Source: Gammaproteobacteria bacterium
Lineage (GTDB): Bacteria; Pseudomonadota; Gammaproteobacteria; GCA-001735895
Assembly (NCBI GenBank): GCA_049666745.1
Contig: JBATHL010000032.1
Coordinates: forward strand, 1-37,965
Direction of reading: 5' to 3'
Length of the DNA stretch: 37,965 nucleotides
Notes under the pieces: model-generated
What the model was told of the DNA's origin: nothing
Seen by the model: the letters and a program-made list of their open reading frames with translations, nothing else
The model's database searches: none
Made by a program: the position numbers and the translations under genes
Part shown: piece by piece, positions 1 to 8,482 of the stretch
How positions within the stretch are numbered: the stretch's first letter is position 1
How the letters are laid out: the number at the start of each line of letters is the position of its first letter

Positions 1-341
1 ACCTGACGCTGTTCCCGAATTTCATCATGGGAACCTACCAGCCAGACCAGATGGGTGTTTATCTGAACCAACCGATTTCACCCGGATGCACGCGTCAGCA
101 TCGGGTCATTTACACTCACAAAGGTGCGCACTATAGTGACACCCAGATTAAAGCAATGCGAGATCTGTGGCATAAAGTGCATCTTGAAGACCACGAGATG
201 TGCATACGGCTGCAGCAGGGACGCCTTTCACCGCTGGCGGCGGAGGGTGGGTGGCTATCGCCGAACTGGGAAAACAGCGTCAGAAAATTTCAGGAACTGG
301 TTGCCGATGCAATCCGTCCGAAGCTTACACATAGAGGATAA
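1..341 (+). CDS. Rieske-type non-haem iron oxygenase alpha subunit, C-terminal fragment (5' end outside the window)
   Basis: Frame 3 is open from base 3 (LTLFPNFIMGTYQ...), so the listed 27..341 ORF is only the tail of a longer gene. Stop is TAA 339-341. The LFPN motif and the C-terminal pattern EDHEMCIRLQQGRLSPL...ENSVRKFQELV resemble, from memory, the end of the catalytic domain of GbcA/CntA/choline-monooxygenase-type Rieske oxygenases. No Rieske or Fe-ligand motif lies inside the window, so the call is tentative. Confidence 0.45.
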   Translation, partial: LTLFPNFIMGTYQPDQMGVYLNQPISPGCTRQHRVIYTHKGAHYSDTQIKAMRDLWHKVHLEDHEMCIRLQQGRLSPLAAEGGWLSPNWENSVRKFQELVADAIRPKLTHRG

Positions 342-342
342 A

Positions 343-753
343 ATGAGTAAACCCGACTTCCGACTCGACCACACGATGATTCGAGTTTTCGACCAGGACA
401 AGACCCTGGATTTCTATACCCGGATTCTGGGCATGAAAATCCTGCGCCAGAACGAGTACCCGGAAGGGCGTTTTACCAATACCTTCGTCGGTTACCAGGG
501 CGAAGACGATGGCACCACGATCGAGATGACTTACAACTGGGACCAGCAAGAACCCTACGATTTCGGCAGCGCCTGGGGGCATCTGGCACTCAAGGTTTCA
601 GATGTTTATGCAACCGCGGAATACCTGAAATCGGAAGGCGTCGAATTCGTGCGCGAACCCGGGCCGATGAATGCAGGCACGCGTATCATCGCCTTCTTCA
701 AGGATCCCAACGGTTACGTCTTCGAACTCAACGAGCCGCTCGGCAACGCTTAG
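343..753 (+). CDS. gloA: lactoylglutathione lyase (glyoxalase I), VOC superfamily
   Basis: ATG 343 is preceded by GAGGA (334-338). MSKPDFRLDHTMIRVFDQDKTLDFYTRILGM...WGHLALKVSDVY...FFKDPNGYVFEL is the classic ~135-aa GloA layout. The 124..753 track ORF is an upstream extension that overlaps the previous gene. Confidence 0.85.
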   Translation: MSKPDFRLDHTMIRVFDQDKTLDFYTRILGMKILRQNEYPEGRFTNTFVGYQGEDDGTTIEMTYNWDQQEPYDFGSAWGHLALKVSDVYATAEYLKSEGVEFVREPGPMNAGTRIIAFFKDPNGYVFELNEPLGNA

Positions 754-820
754 GCACGTGCTTTTTTCGCGATAGCCGCGTCAGCTAAGTGCAGGCGCGC
801 CGGCGCGATCGAATTTCGCC

Positions 821-967
821 GTCATGCCGGGCTTGACCCGGCATCCATGCTTGAATCTTCTCAGTAAGTAAGCCGGAAAGCCCTTTGGGCTATCCGCTCA
901 ACGACCACGGCAGGTCAGAATGGATTCCGGCTTTCGCCGGAATGACAATAGATCTGTCATTCCGGGC
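821..967. repeat. cluster of REP-like palindromic elements (GTCAT[G/T]CCGG... hairpins) between convergent gloA and gabT
   Basis: Copy A is gtcATGCCGGGcttgaCCCGGCATccatg (stem 824-831/837-844). Copy B is in inverted orientation: ggATTCCGGCtttcGCCGGAATgacaat (stem 924-931/936-943). A third hairpin, GGAATGACAatagatcTGTCATTCC (939-947/955-963), overlaps a truncated copy gtcattccgggc (956-967). Confidence 0.7.
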
Positions 968-1013
968 TAGCTGGAGAGCGTGCCTGTGATAACTCGGATT
1001 GCCTGTTATCGAG

Positions 1014-2333
1014 CTAGACCAGTTCCTGCAGGCATTTTTCGAGAATGTCCATGCCCTCATTGACCAGCTCGTCGCTGATGTTCAGCGCGGGCAGGAAGCG
1101 AATCACGTTGCCGCGAGCTCCACAGCTGAGCAGGGCCAGGCCGTTTTCGTAGGCGCGTCCGATCAGCGTTTTGGTCAGGTCCGCATCGGGTTGCTCGGCA
1201 TCCCCGTTCTTGACCAGTTCCATCGCCATCATCGCGCCATGGCTGGTGCGCAGGTGACCGATGTTGTTCGAGAATTTGGCCTGCAGGGCCTGCAAACGGC
1301 TATCGAACAACTCGCCGACGTGACGTGCCGCGTCGACCAGGTTTTCTTCGTCGATGACGTCGATCATCGCCAATCCGGCGACACAACCCAGCGGTGAACC
1401 GGCATAGGTACCGCCGAGGCCGCCGGGGAGGGGTGAGTCCATGATATCGGCTTTACCCACGACTGCGGCGATCGGGAAGCCATTGGCCATGCCCTTGGCC
1501 ATGGTCATCAGGTCAGCTTCGATGCCCGCATACTCGCTGCAGAACATCTTGCCGGTGCGCGCAAAGCCGGTCTGAATTTCGTCGATAACCAACAGGATAC
1601 CGTGCTCATCGCAAAGCGCCCTGAGCTGCTGCAGGAATTCAACCGGTGCCGGGTAAAAGCCACCTTCGCCCTGAACCGGCTCGACGATGATCGCGGCAAC
1701 ATCGCTGGGTGCGATATCGGCCTTGAACAGGTTATCCAGTCCCTTTAGAGAGTCTTCAACCGAGATACCGTGATACTCGATCGGGAAGGGTGCGTGGTAA
1801 AGCTCTGCCGGGAACGGCCCGAACAGGTTCTTGTAGGGGGTAATCTTGCCGGTCAGTCCCATGGCGAGCATGGTTCGACCGTGAAAGCCGCCGTTAAAGG
1901 CGATGACACCCCGACGTCCGGTATGGGCGCGCGCGATTTTGACCGCGTTTTCGATCGCTTCGGCACCGGTGGTGACGAAGATCGACTTTTTCTTGCTCGG
2001 CCCGGGGGCCAGTTCATTCAGTTTCTCTGCCAGGCGCACGGAACTGTCATATGGCGTTACCATTACGCAGGTATGGCTGAACTTGTCGAGCTGCTCAGCC
2101 ACCGCCGCGGTAATTTTCGGATGGCAATGGCCGGCCGAACAAACCGCGATGCCGGTGCCGAAGTCAATATAACGCTTGCCTTCCACGTCCCAGAGTTCGG
2201 AACCGGCGGCGCGTTCGACGTAAACCGGTGCAATATTTCCCTGGCCACGGGCCACGGCATCTTCCTTGCGGGCCTGCCAGTCCTGGTTGGAAAGCCCGGC
2301 GACTTCGGTTACTTTTAAATTTGTGCTACTCAT
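1014..2333 (-). CDS. gabT: 4-aminobutyrate (omega-amino acid) aminotransferase, class III PLP enzyme
   Basis: The start is taken at ATG 2333 (MSSTNLKV...), which overlaps the gabD stop as ATGA. The class III aminotransferase motif is VIDEIQTGFARTGKMF, and the protein is GabT-like end to end (GQGNIAPVYVERAAGSELWDVEGKRYIDF...). Confidence 0.9.
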   Translation of the reverse strand: MSSTNLKVTEVAGLSNQDWQARKEDAVARGQGNIAPVYVERAAGSELWDVEGKRYIDFGTGIAVCSAGHCHPKITAAVAEQLDKFSHTCVMVTPYDSSVRLAEKLNELAPGPSKKKSIFVTTGAEAIENAVKIARAHTGRRGVIAFNGGFHGRTMLAMGLTGKITPYKNLFGPFPAELYHAPFPIEYHGISVEDSLKGLDNLFKADIAPSDVAAIIVEPVQGEGGFYPAPVEFLQQLRALCDEHGILLVIDEIQTGFARTGKMFCSEYAGIEADLMTMAKGMANGFPIAAVVGKADIMDSPLPGGLGGTYAGSPLGCVAGLAMIDVIDEENLVDAARHVGELFDSRLQALQAKFSNNIGHLRTSHGAMMAMELVKNGDAEQPDADLTKTLIGRAYENGLALLSCGARGNVIRFLPALNISDELVNEGMDILEKCLQELV

Positions 2334-3793
2334 TTGTCGATACCTCCGATACACATGTACTTGATTTCGGTGTAATCGTCGAGCCCGTACTTCGAACCTT
2401 CACGGCCCTGACCCGACTCTTTGACGCCACCGAAAGGTGCCATTTCATTTGAAATGATGCCCTCGTTGATGCCGACGATGCCATATTCGAGGCCTTCGGC
2501 GACCCGCCAGATACGTCCGACATCGCGCGAATAAAAGTAACAGGCAAGCCCGAATTCGGTGTCGTTGGCCATTTGAATCGCTTCGTCCTCGGTGCTGAAC
2601 TTGAACAGCGGTGCGATCGGGCCGAAGATCTCTTCGCGAAAAACCCGCATCTCTCCATTGACATTGGTCAGGATGGTCGGTTCAAAAAACTGGCTGCCGA
2701 TAGCCGAGCGATTCCCGCCGACAACCGCTTTCGCACCCTTGTCCAGGGCATCCGCGACGAAGGCTTCCATATCGTTTGCAGCCTGCTCGGTAATCAGCGG
2801 ACCCACGGTTACGCCTTCTTCGGTGCCGGCACCCAGTTTGAGATCGCCAACCGCGCTGGCCAGCTTTTCTGCGAACGCATCGTAACAACCTTCCTGCACC
2901 AGGATGCGGTTGGCGCAGACACAGGTCTGGCCCGCGTTACGGTACTTGCTGATCATGGCGCCGGTAACCGCGGCATCGAGATCGGCGTCGTCGAACACGA
3001 TGAACGGCGCGTTGCCACCGAGTTCCATCGAAGTGCGTTTGACGGTTTGCGCGCATTCGGCCATCAATTGCTTGCCGACCGGGGTTGAGCCGGTGAAGGT
3101 CAGTTTGCGTACGATCGGGTTTGATGTGAGTTCCTTGCCGATGGCGGCAGTCTCTCCGGTTACCATATTGATAACCCCGGGCGGGATTCCGGCACGTTCG
3201 GCCAGTTCGACAAATGCGTAGGCTGAAAGCGGCGTCGCGTTGGCAGGCTTGCAAACCACGGTGCAGCCGGCTGCCAGTGCCGGGGCAATTTTCCGTGTCA
3301 ACATGGCGTTGGGGAAATTCCACGGCGTGATGCAGGCCACGACTCCGACCGGCTGTTTGATACAGACAATGCGCTTGTCGTTCGATGGCTGTGGGATGGT
3401 ATCGCCATACATGCGTTTGCCTTCCTCGGCAAACCATTCGATGTAGTTCGCGCCATAGGCGACTTCACCACGTGCTTCCGCGAGCGGTTTGCCCTGTTCC
3501 AGGGTCAAAATCATCGCCAGGTCTTCCTGGGCTTCCATCATCAGGTTAAACCACTTGCGCAGGCAGGCGGACCGCTCCTTGGCTGTGCGCTTGCGCCATT
3601 CGATGAAAGCGTCGGCGGCGGCTTCGATCGCGCGGCGCGTTTCCGCGCTGCTGCATTTGGCGACTTCGGCGATGATTTCGCCATTGGCCGGATTGGTAAC
3701 CGCTACGGTTTCGCCACTGTCGGCATCGACCCATTGGCCGTTGATATAAGCCTGTGTTTTGAGCAGGGCCTGGTCAGAAATTTGAATACTCAT
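2330..3793 (-). CDS. gabD: NAD(P)-dependent succinate-semialdehyde (or glutarate-semialdehyde) dehydrogenase
   Basis: Start is ATG 3793 (MSIQISDQALLKTQAYINGQWVDA). The aldehyde dehydrogenase motifs MELGGNAP and YRNAGQTCVCANR (catalytic Cys) are present. The gabD-gabT order with a 4-nt overlap matches known gabDT operons. Confidence 0.9.
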   Translation of the reverse strand: MSIQISDQALLKTQAYINGQWVDADSGETVAVTNPANGEIIAEVAKCSSAETRRAIEAAADAFIEWRKRTAKERSACLRKWFNLMMEAQEDLAMILTLEQGKPLAEARGEVAYGANYIEWFAEEGKRMYGDTIPQPSNDKRIVCIKQPVGVVACITPWNFPNAMLTRKIAPALAAGCTVVCKPANATPLSAYAFVELAERAGIPPGVINMVTGETAAIGKELTSNPIVRKLTFTGSTPVGKQLMAECAQTVKRTSMELGGNAPFIVFDDADLDAAVTGAMISKYRNAGQTCVCANRILVQEGCYDAFAEKLASAVGDLKLGAGTEEGVTVGPLITEQAANDMEAFVADALDKGAKAVVGGNRSAIGSQFFEPTILTNVNGEMRVFREEIFGPIAPLFKFSTEDEAIQMANDTEFGLACYFYSRDVGRIWRVAEGLEYGIVGINEGIISNEMAPFGGVKESGQGREGSKYGLDDYTEIKYMCIGGIDK

Positions 3794-3888
3794 AAGTGAA
3801 ATTCCGGGATTTTTGCGCAAAGGCGAGCAGCATAACGATTTCGCCTGATGGCGACAATGAATTTAGGCTAGTAGTCGGGAAACATTCC

Positions 3889-3916
3889 TTCATTCCTGGG
3901 TATCCTCTGTTAGAAT
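3889..3916 (+). promoter_or_regulatory. candidate sigma70 promoter for the decarboxylase gene
   Basis: TTCATT (3889-3894), a 16-nt spacer, then TAGAAT (3911-3916), about 29 nt upstream of ATG 3945. This is a sequence match only. Confidence 0.3.
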
Positions 3917-3944
3917 GACTCGGGCGTAAACGATAGGATCTGAT

Positions 3945-6716
3945 ATGCCTGACACTGGAGCCCCTGCTAACAGGAAATCGCGCACTAACCTGGATTTTTA
4001 TCACAGCCCCACCCAGCTGCGTTTCGATACCTGGAATCGCCTCGCAGAGCACACCAGCCGGCTGCGCGAAAAACACCTGCGTAAGGCTGATATCGCCGCG
4101 CTTGTCAAAAAAATCAGGGACGAGATAACCCTGCTCGAAACCATCGAAGACTACACTGCATTTCCATCGCAGGATGACATCAAGTTGTTGTGGCAACTCT
4201 TCGATCAGCAGGACTTTGACCTGCTTTCCCGCATTGTCAGCAGGATTGTACGTGCGCTTACCGGTGGTACCTATCGGTCACGTCATATCAATCTGCGCGT
4301 GCCGACCGAACTCGAAGACAAGAACGAAGCTGCCCAGTATTTCGATGAAGAGCGTCATCAGCAGCGACCCTATTTCGAGGTGCTGTTTGTGGACGAAAGC
4401 GGCCCGGAAGATGTCAAGCGGCTGCGCGAAAGCCTGCATGAACTGAGGCGACCTGAAGATCAGTTTATCTACGATATCGTCGTGGTTCCGAGTTTCGAGG
4501 ACGCACTGATTGCAGTAATGTTTAATTACAATATCCAGGTAGCGGTTATCCGTTACGGTTTCCCGTTGCGCTCGGTCAATCATCTCGAAATCCTGCAGCG
4601 TTACCTCGCCCGTATCGATGAGTCTGACTATGAAGATGCACTCGATATCGAACGCGGCCCACTGCTGGGTAACTGGTTAGCCGAGCTGCGCCCGGAGCTC
4701 GATCTGTACCTGGTTACCGATGCCGCGGTTGAGGATATTGCGGGTAGCGTCACGCAAAAATTCTCGCGTATTTTTTACCAGCAGGAAGATTACCTGGACT
4801 TGCACCTGAATATTCTGCGCGGCATCCAGACGCGCTACCAGACACCTTTCTTTACCGCGTTGCGCAAATATAGCCGGCAGCCAACCGGGGTGTTTCATGC
4901 GATGCCGATTTCGCGTGGAAAATCGATAACCAAGTCACACTGGATCAAGGACATGGTGCAGTTTTACGGCATGAATATATTTCTCGCGGAAACCTCGGCA
5001 ACCTCGGGCGGACTCGATTCGCTGCTGCAGCCGCACGGACCGATCAAGAAAGCCCAGCAACTCGCCGCGCGTGCGTTTGGCGCCAAGCGTACCTACTTTG
5101 TCACCAACGGCACCTCGACCGCGAACAAGATCGTGGTGCAGGCGTTGGTCAAACCGGGCGATATCATCCTGGTTGACCGCGATTGCCACAAGTCACATCA
5201 CTACGGCATGGTGCTGGCGGGGGCCCACGTCTGTTATCTCGACTCTTATCCATTGAACGACTACTCGATGTATGGCGCAGTGCCGCTCAAGGAAATCAAG
5301 CGCCAACTCGTGCTGTATAAAAAGGCCGGCCTGTTGCACAAGGTCAAGATGCTGTTACTGACCAATTGCACCTTCGACGGGGTGGTCTACAACGTCGAGC
5401 GCGTCATGGAAGAGTGCCTGGCAATCAAACCCGATCTCATTTTCCTCTGGGACGAAGCCTGGTTTGCGTTCGCGGGCTTTACCCCGACCTATCGTCGCCG
5501 TACCGCGATGGCGACTGCGACACGACTCAAGGCGCGTTATCGCAGCGAAGAATACGCCCTGGAGTACGCCGACTACATAAAACGCATCGCCAAATTAAAG
5601 GATGCCGACCTCATTGATGAGCGTTTGCTGCCGGATCCGGACAAGGTTCGGGTACGCACCTATGCAACCCAGTCGACCCACAAGTCGCTGACTTCGCTGC
5701 GCCAGGGCTCGATGATTCATATTAGTGATCAGGATTTCAACCACAAGGTGCAGGAACCCTTTATCGAGGCTTTTATGACGCATACCTCGACATCGCCCAA
5801 TTACCAGATCCTGGCATCGCTCGATATCGGCCGGCGCCAGGTTGAACTGGAAGGCTTTGAAATGGTGCAAAAGCAGATCGAGCTGGCGATGGCAATTCGC
5901 GAACGGGTCGCGTCGCATCCGTTGCTGAGTCGCTATTTTCGATTTTTAAACGCCAAGGAAATGATCCCAGAAGAATACAGACCTTCAGGTATTGATTGTT
6001 ATTTCGATAAGGAAAAAGGCTGGCGTAACACGCGCATGGAAGAAGCCTGGGCTACTGATGATTTTGTCATCGATTTGACGCGCCTGACACTTTACATCGG
6101 CCTCACCGGTGTTGACGGCGACACCTTCAAGAATGAATACCTGATGGACAAGTACGGCATCCAGATCAACAAGACCTCGCGCAACACCGTGCTATTCATG
6201 ACCAATATCGGTACCACCCGCAGTTCGGTTGCTTTTCTGATCGAGGTGCTGGTTAAAATTGCGACCGAACTGGAGCAGGATCGAGAAGACGGGAGCCGAG
6301 TTGAGCGGAAATTAATCGAAAAAAAGATCAAGTCATTATCCCAGGAACTGCCGCCGTTACCCGATTTCAGTTACTTTCACGCCGCGTTCAGCCCGAGTGC
6401 GACGAAAAAGGTCGTGACAGCAGAGGGCGATATTCGCAGCGCGTTCTTTCTTGCCTATGACGATGAAAATTGCGAGTACATGACCATCGACGAGAAAACC
6501 ATTGGCGCCGCAATGAAGTCCGGTCGCGAATTAGTGTCCGCCAGTTTCGTAACACCTTATCCACCAGGCTTCCCGGTTCTGGTGCCGGGGCAGGTGATCA
6601 GCGAGGCAATTCTCGCCTTTATTCGTGCGCTCGACGTCAAGGAAATTCACGGCTACGAACCCGAGATAGGTCTGCAGCTGTTCACCGAAGCAGCGCTGCA
6701 AAAACTGCAGGAATAG
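3945..6716 (+). CDS. Orn/Lys/Arg decarboxylase family PLP enzyme (fold type I), unusually long at 923 aa
   Basis: The major domain is recognisable: FHAMPISRGKS...TNGTSTANKIVVQALVKPGDIILVDRDCHKSHHYG...YATQSTHKSLTSLRQGS (PLP-lysine STHK motif). A receiver-like wing segment (YFEVLFVDESG...VVVPSFEDALIAV) is preceded by about 140 extra N-terminal residues. It is divergent from gabDT. Substrate specificity cannot be assigned by eye. Confidence 0.8.
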   Translation: MPDTGAPANRKSRTNLDFYHSPTQLRFDTWNRLAEHTSRLREKHLRKADIAALVKKIRDEITLLETIEDYTAFPSQDDIKLLWQLFDQQDFDLLSRIVSRIVRALTGGTYRSRHINLRVPTELEDKNEAAQYFDEERHQQRPYFEVLFVDESGPEDVKRLRESLHELRRPEDQFIYDIVVVPSFEDALIAVMFNYNIQVAVIRYGFPLRSVNHLEILQRYLARIDESDYEDALDIERGPLLGNWLAELRPELDLYLVTDAAVEDIAGSVTQKFSRIFYQQEDYLDLHLNILRGIQTRYQTPFFTALRKYSRQPTGVFHAMPISRGKSITKSHWIKDMVQFYGMNIFLAETSATSGGLDSLLQPHGPIKKAQQLAARAFGAKRTYFVTNGTSTANKIVVQALVKPGDIILVDRDCHKSHHYGMVLAGAHVCYLDSYPLNDYSMYGAVPLKEIKRQLVLYKKAGLLHKVKMLLLTNCTFDGVVYNVERVMEECLAIKPDLIFLWDEAWFAFAGFTPTYRRRTAMATATRLKARYRSEEYALEYADYIKRIAKLKDADLIDERLLPDPDKVRVRTYATQSTHKSLTSLRQGSMIHISDQDFNHKVQEPFIEAFMTHTSTSPNYQILASLDIGRRQVELEGFEMVQKQIELAMAIRERVASHPLLSRYFRFLNAKEMIPEEYRPSGIDCYFDKEKGWRNTRMEEAWATDDFVIDLTRLTLYIGLTGVDGDTFKNEYLMDKYGIQINKTSRNTVLFMTNIGTTRSSVAFLIEVLVKIATELEQDREDGSRVERKLIEKKIKSLSQELPPLPDFSYFHAAFSPSATKKVVTAEGDIRSAFFLAYDDENCEYMTIDEKTIGAAMKSGRELVSASFVTPYPPGFPVLVPGQVISEAILAFIRALDVKEIHGYEPEIGLQLFTEAALQKLQE

Positions 6717-6836
6717 CTGATCGCATAACCCTGTAGACTTCTTTATGGAGGGTAGTTTGAACTCTCCAGGGGGAAGGCTTCACTCGTATTCCTTACCCCC
6801 GAGGTAGCTTTAGAACGCAAGTGAACCTGCGATCAG
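6717..6836. other. structured intergenic element (three nested helices) between convergent genes; possible 3'-UTR structure, terminator or small RNA
   Basis: A 9-bp closing helix, CTGATCGCA (6717-6725) / TGCGATCAG (6828-6836), encloses two hairpins. The first is 6746-6753/6761-6768. The second is GGGGGAAGG (6769-6777) / CCTTaCCCCC (6791-6800). No clean U-tract follows on either strand. Confidence 0.3.
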
Positions 6837-6900
6837 TTATCTATTCCGGGCAATTCAATGTGCCTGTGCAGGGATGGCGAATTTGACAGGTAGCGGATTG

Positions 6901-7965
6901 CTAGAACTGCAGCACCGGTATCGGTTTGCTGGTGTATATCTCGCCGTAAGCTTCACTGTTTTCAGGGTAGCCCTCAGGGTCGACGAAAATAACCGGGTAT
7001 TCGCGTTCGGTAAAGCTGTGGAAGTCGAATTGCCACTCGTTGTGGGGCCAGAAATACTCACAGCTCATGCGTTGCGGGTAAAACGCGGCATCGTAAAGCG
7101 TGCCGAAGCCGCGTGCGAAATGGGTATGAAAAAGTGGAAATTGCAGAAATTCACGCGCAAATGCCTGCGCGGTATGCTGGCGCGCGGCAGTGACATCATG
7201 CAGGTGCTCGAAGCGGACGTGGGTGAGTACTTTTTCTTCGTAGATTGGCCAGTGACTGTCTGCCTGGTGGTTGGTAGCAACATGGCTGCCGAGAAACTGA
7301 GCCTCCTGCCCGGCGGCGACGGCCACGGTTTCGAAGTTGGTGTCGCGGTCGAGCAGCATAATGTTGTATGCGCCCTGGATCGGGATGCGGCGGATCAATT
7401 CACAGGCTTCCTTGACGTCACCGGCGAATTCGAGCAGGTAGCGCAACGCGATCGAGATGCCAAAGCCTTCACCGAATTCTTCGCGACCGCCGAAAGACAT
7501 CGATACGGCCAGTCCATCGCTGTTGATTCCATCGAGTACCCCGGACATGCAATCGAGCATGGCGATGACTTCACGCTGGCCGAATTTGCTACGCATCAAA
7601 AGACCGTCAAAGACGTAAGGCGAGTAATCGTAACTGCGTACCATGACCGCTTCGTCGGCATGATATACCGCCTGCGAGCAGCCGCGAAACAATGGCGGTG
7701 GGCAATACTGGGCGAGAAAGCGTGCGGCATGATCACCGCCACCGGCGAGGTCGACCATGGTTTCGTAAATCGGCACGAATTCGGGCATATATCGTGTCAA
7801 GGCCTGCGCGGATTGAAGGTAGGTTGGTCGGTCGGCTTCGCCGTAACGCAGGAACCAGCGACGATACGCCGGCCATAATTGTTTGAAGTGGTGTTGCCAT
7901 ACAGCTGCGGGGGCATCTTCCGCAAAGGCGCGGAAGGTGAAATCCATTTGTGTCGCAGGGTTCAT
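6901..7965 (-). CDS. peptidase C45 / acyl-CoA:6-aminopenicillanic-acid acyltransferase-like Ntn hydrolase
   Basis: About 354 aa. The candidate self-processing Gly-Cys nucleophile site is PLFRGCSQAVY. The rest of the sequence is C45-like (SYDYSPY...DGINSDGLAVSMSF...QGAYNIMLLD). ATG 7965-7963 overlaps the upstream stop (TGATG). The track's TTG at 7968 is one codon upstream. Confidence 0.7.
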   Translation of the reverse strand: MNPATQMDFTFRAFAEDAPAAVWQHHFKQLWPAYRRWFLRYGEADRPTYLQSAQALTRYMPEFVPIYETMVDLAGGGDHAARFLAQYCPPPLFRGCSQAVYHADEAVMVRSYDYSPYVFDGLLMRSKFGQREVIAMLDCMSGVLDGINSDGLAVSMSFGGREEFGEGFGISIALRYLLEFAGDVKEACELIRRIPIQGAYNIMLLDRDTNFETVAVAAGQEAQFLGSHVATNHQADSHWPIYEEKVLTHVRFEHLHDVTAARQHTAQAFAREFLQFPLFHTHFARGFGTLYDAAFYPQRMSCEYFWPHNEWQFDFHSFTEREYPVIFVDPEGYPENSEAYGEIYTSKPIPVLQF

Positions 7966-8402
7966 CAAAAGGGTGAAAACGGGGGGTCAATCATTGTCGG
8001 TGACGGGACATCGCCGCTATCTTCGGCTTCGATGACCGCCGCGCCGACCGGTTCGAGATCGTTACGTGTCCACCAGTACCAGAATCCCTGTTCGCGCAGC
8101 CAGCTGCACAGTCGGTCGATGCTGTTCCATTCCCGGCCCGCACCCCGCGCGTTGTACACCCGGCATAATTGATTATCGACATAGACGGCGACTGCCCAGG
8201 CGAGCGGGTGCTTGCCCTGGTTACCGTAACCACCACCCCGATGTAGTCGTTCGATACGGTATACCAGCGCAAATTCGCCCAGTCGACTGCTGTCACGCAA
8301 CGGCGCTAAATCGGCCTGGGTGACCGATCCGACGATACCTAGTTCGACATCTTGACTCATGGTGTTGACTAATTCTGACTTATTAACTACATTATGGTTC
8401 AT
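7965..8402 (-). CDS. hypothetical protein (145 aa), translationally coupled to the C45 hydrolase
   Basis: The ORF's stop overlaps the downstream start by 1 nt. I recognise no domain (…GGGYGNQGKHPLAWAVAVYVDNQLCRVYNARGAGREWNSIDRLCSWLREQGFWYWW…). The start is uncertain: ATG 8402, or ATG 8360 (MSQDVELG). Neither has a clear SD. Confidence 0.5.
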   Translation of the reverse strand: MNHNVVNKSELVNTMSQDVELGIVGSVTQADLAPLRDSSRLGEFALVYRIERLHRGGGYGNQGKHPLAWAVAVYVDNQLCRVYNARGAGREWNSIDRLCSWLREQGFWYWWTRNDLEPVGAAVIEAEDSGDVPSPTMIDPPFSPF

Positions 8403-8482
8403 GATGTAGCCGACTGCAATTTTTTGTGACTACATTTCTAGATTCAGAAGTTTTTTGATTCTAATTTTTATCAATCCACATC

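Noticed and set aside
124-342. N-terminal 73-aa extension of the gloA ORF (track ORF 124..753).
   Set aside because: It overlaps the end of the upstream oxygenase gene in another frame and has a junk-like, basic, Cys/Arg-rich composition. The GloA homology begins at ATG 343, which has a GAGGA SD.
6874-7878. Several very long antisense ORFs: 6874..7878 (334 aa), 18198..19184 (328 aa), 20893..21624 (243 aa), 12912..13544 (210 aa), 24400..24993 (197 aa), 1770..2318, 2573..3088, 19263..19796 and 999..1397.
   Set aside because: Each lies opposite a confidently identified gene and shares its exact triplet register; I checked that the start coordinates are congruent mod 3. In that register an antisense stop requires a sense TTA, CTA or TCA codon, and these are rare in this GC-leaning coding sequence. 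The translations are Arg/Gly/Ala/His-rich with no motifs. They are shadow ORFs, not overprinted genes.
8404-8435. Inverted repeat ATGTAG ... CTACAT in the AT-rich divergent region upstream of the VOC gene.
   Set aside because: It has only 6 bp per arm with no extension, which is expected by chance in AT-rich sequence.
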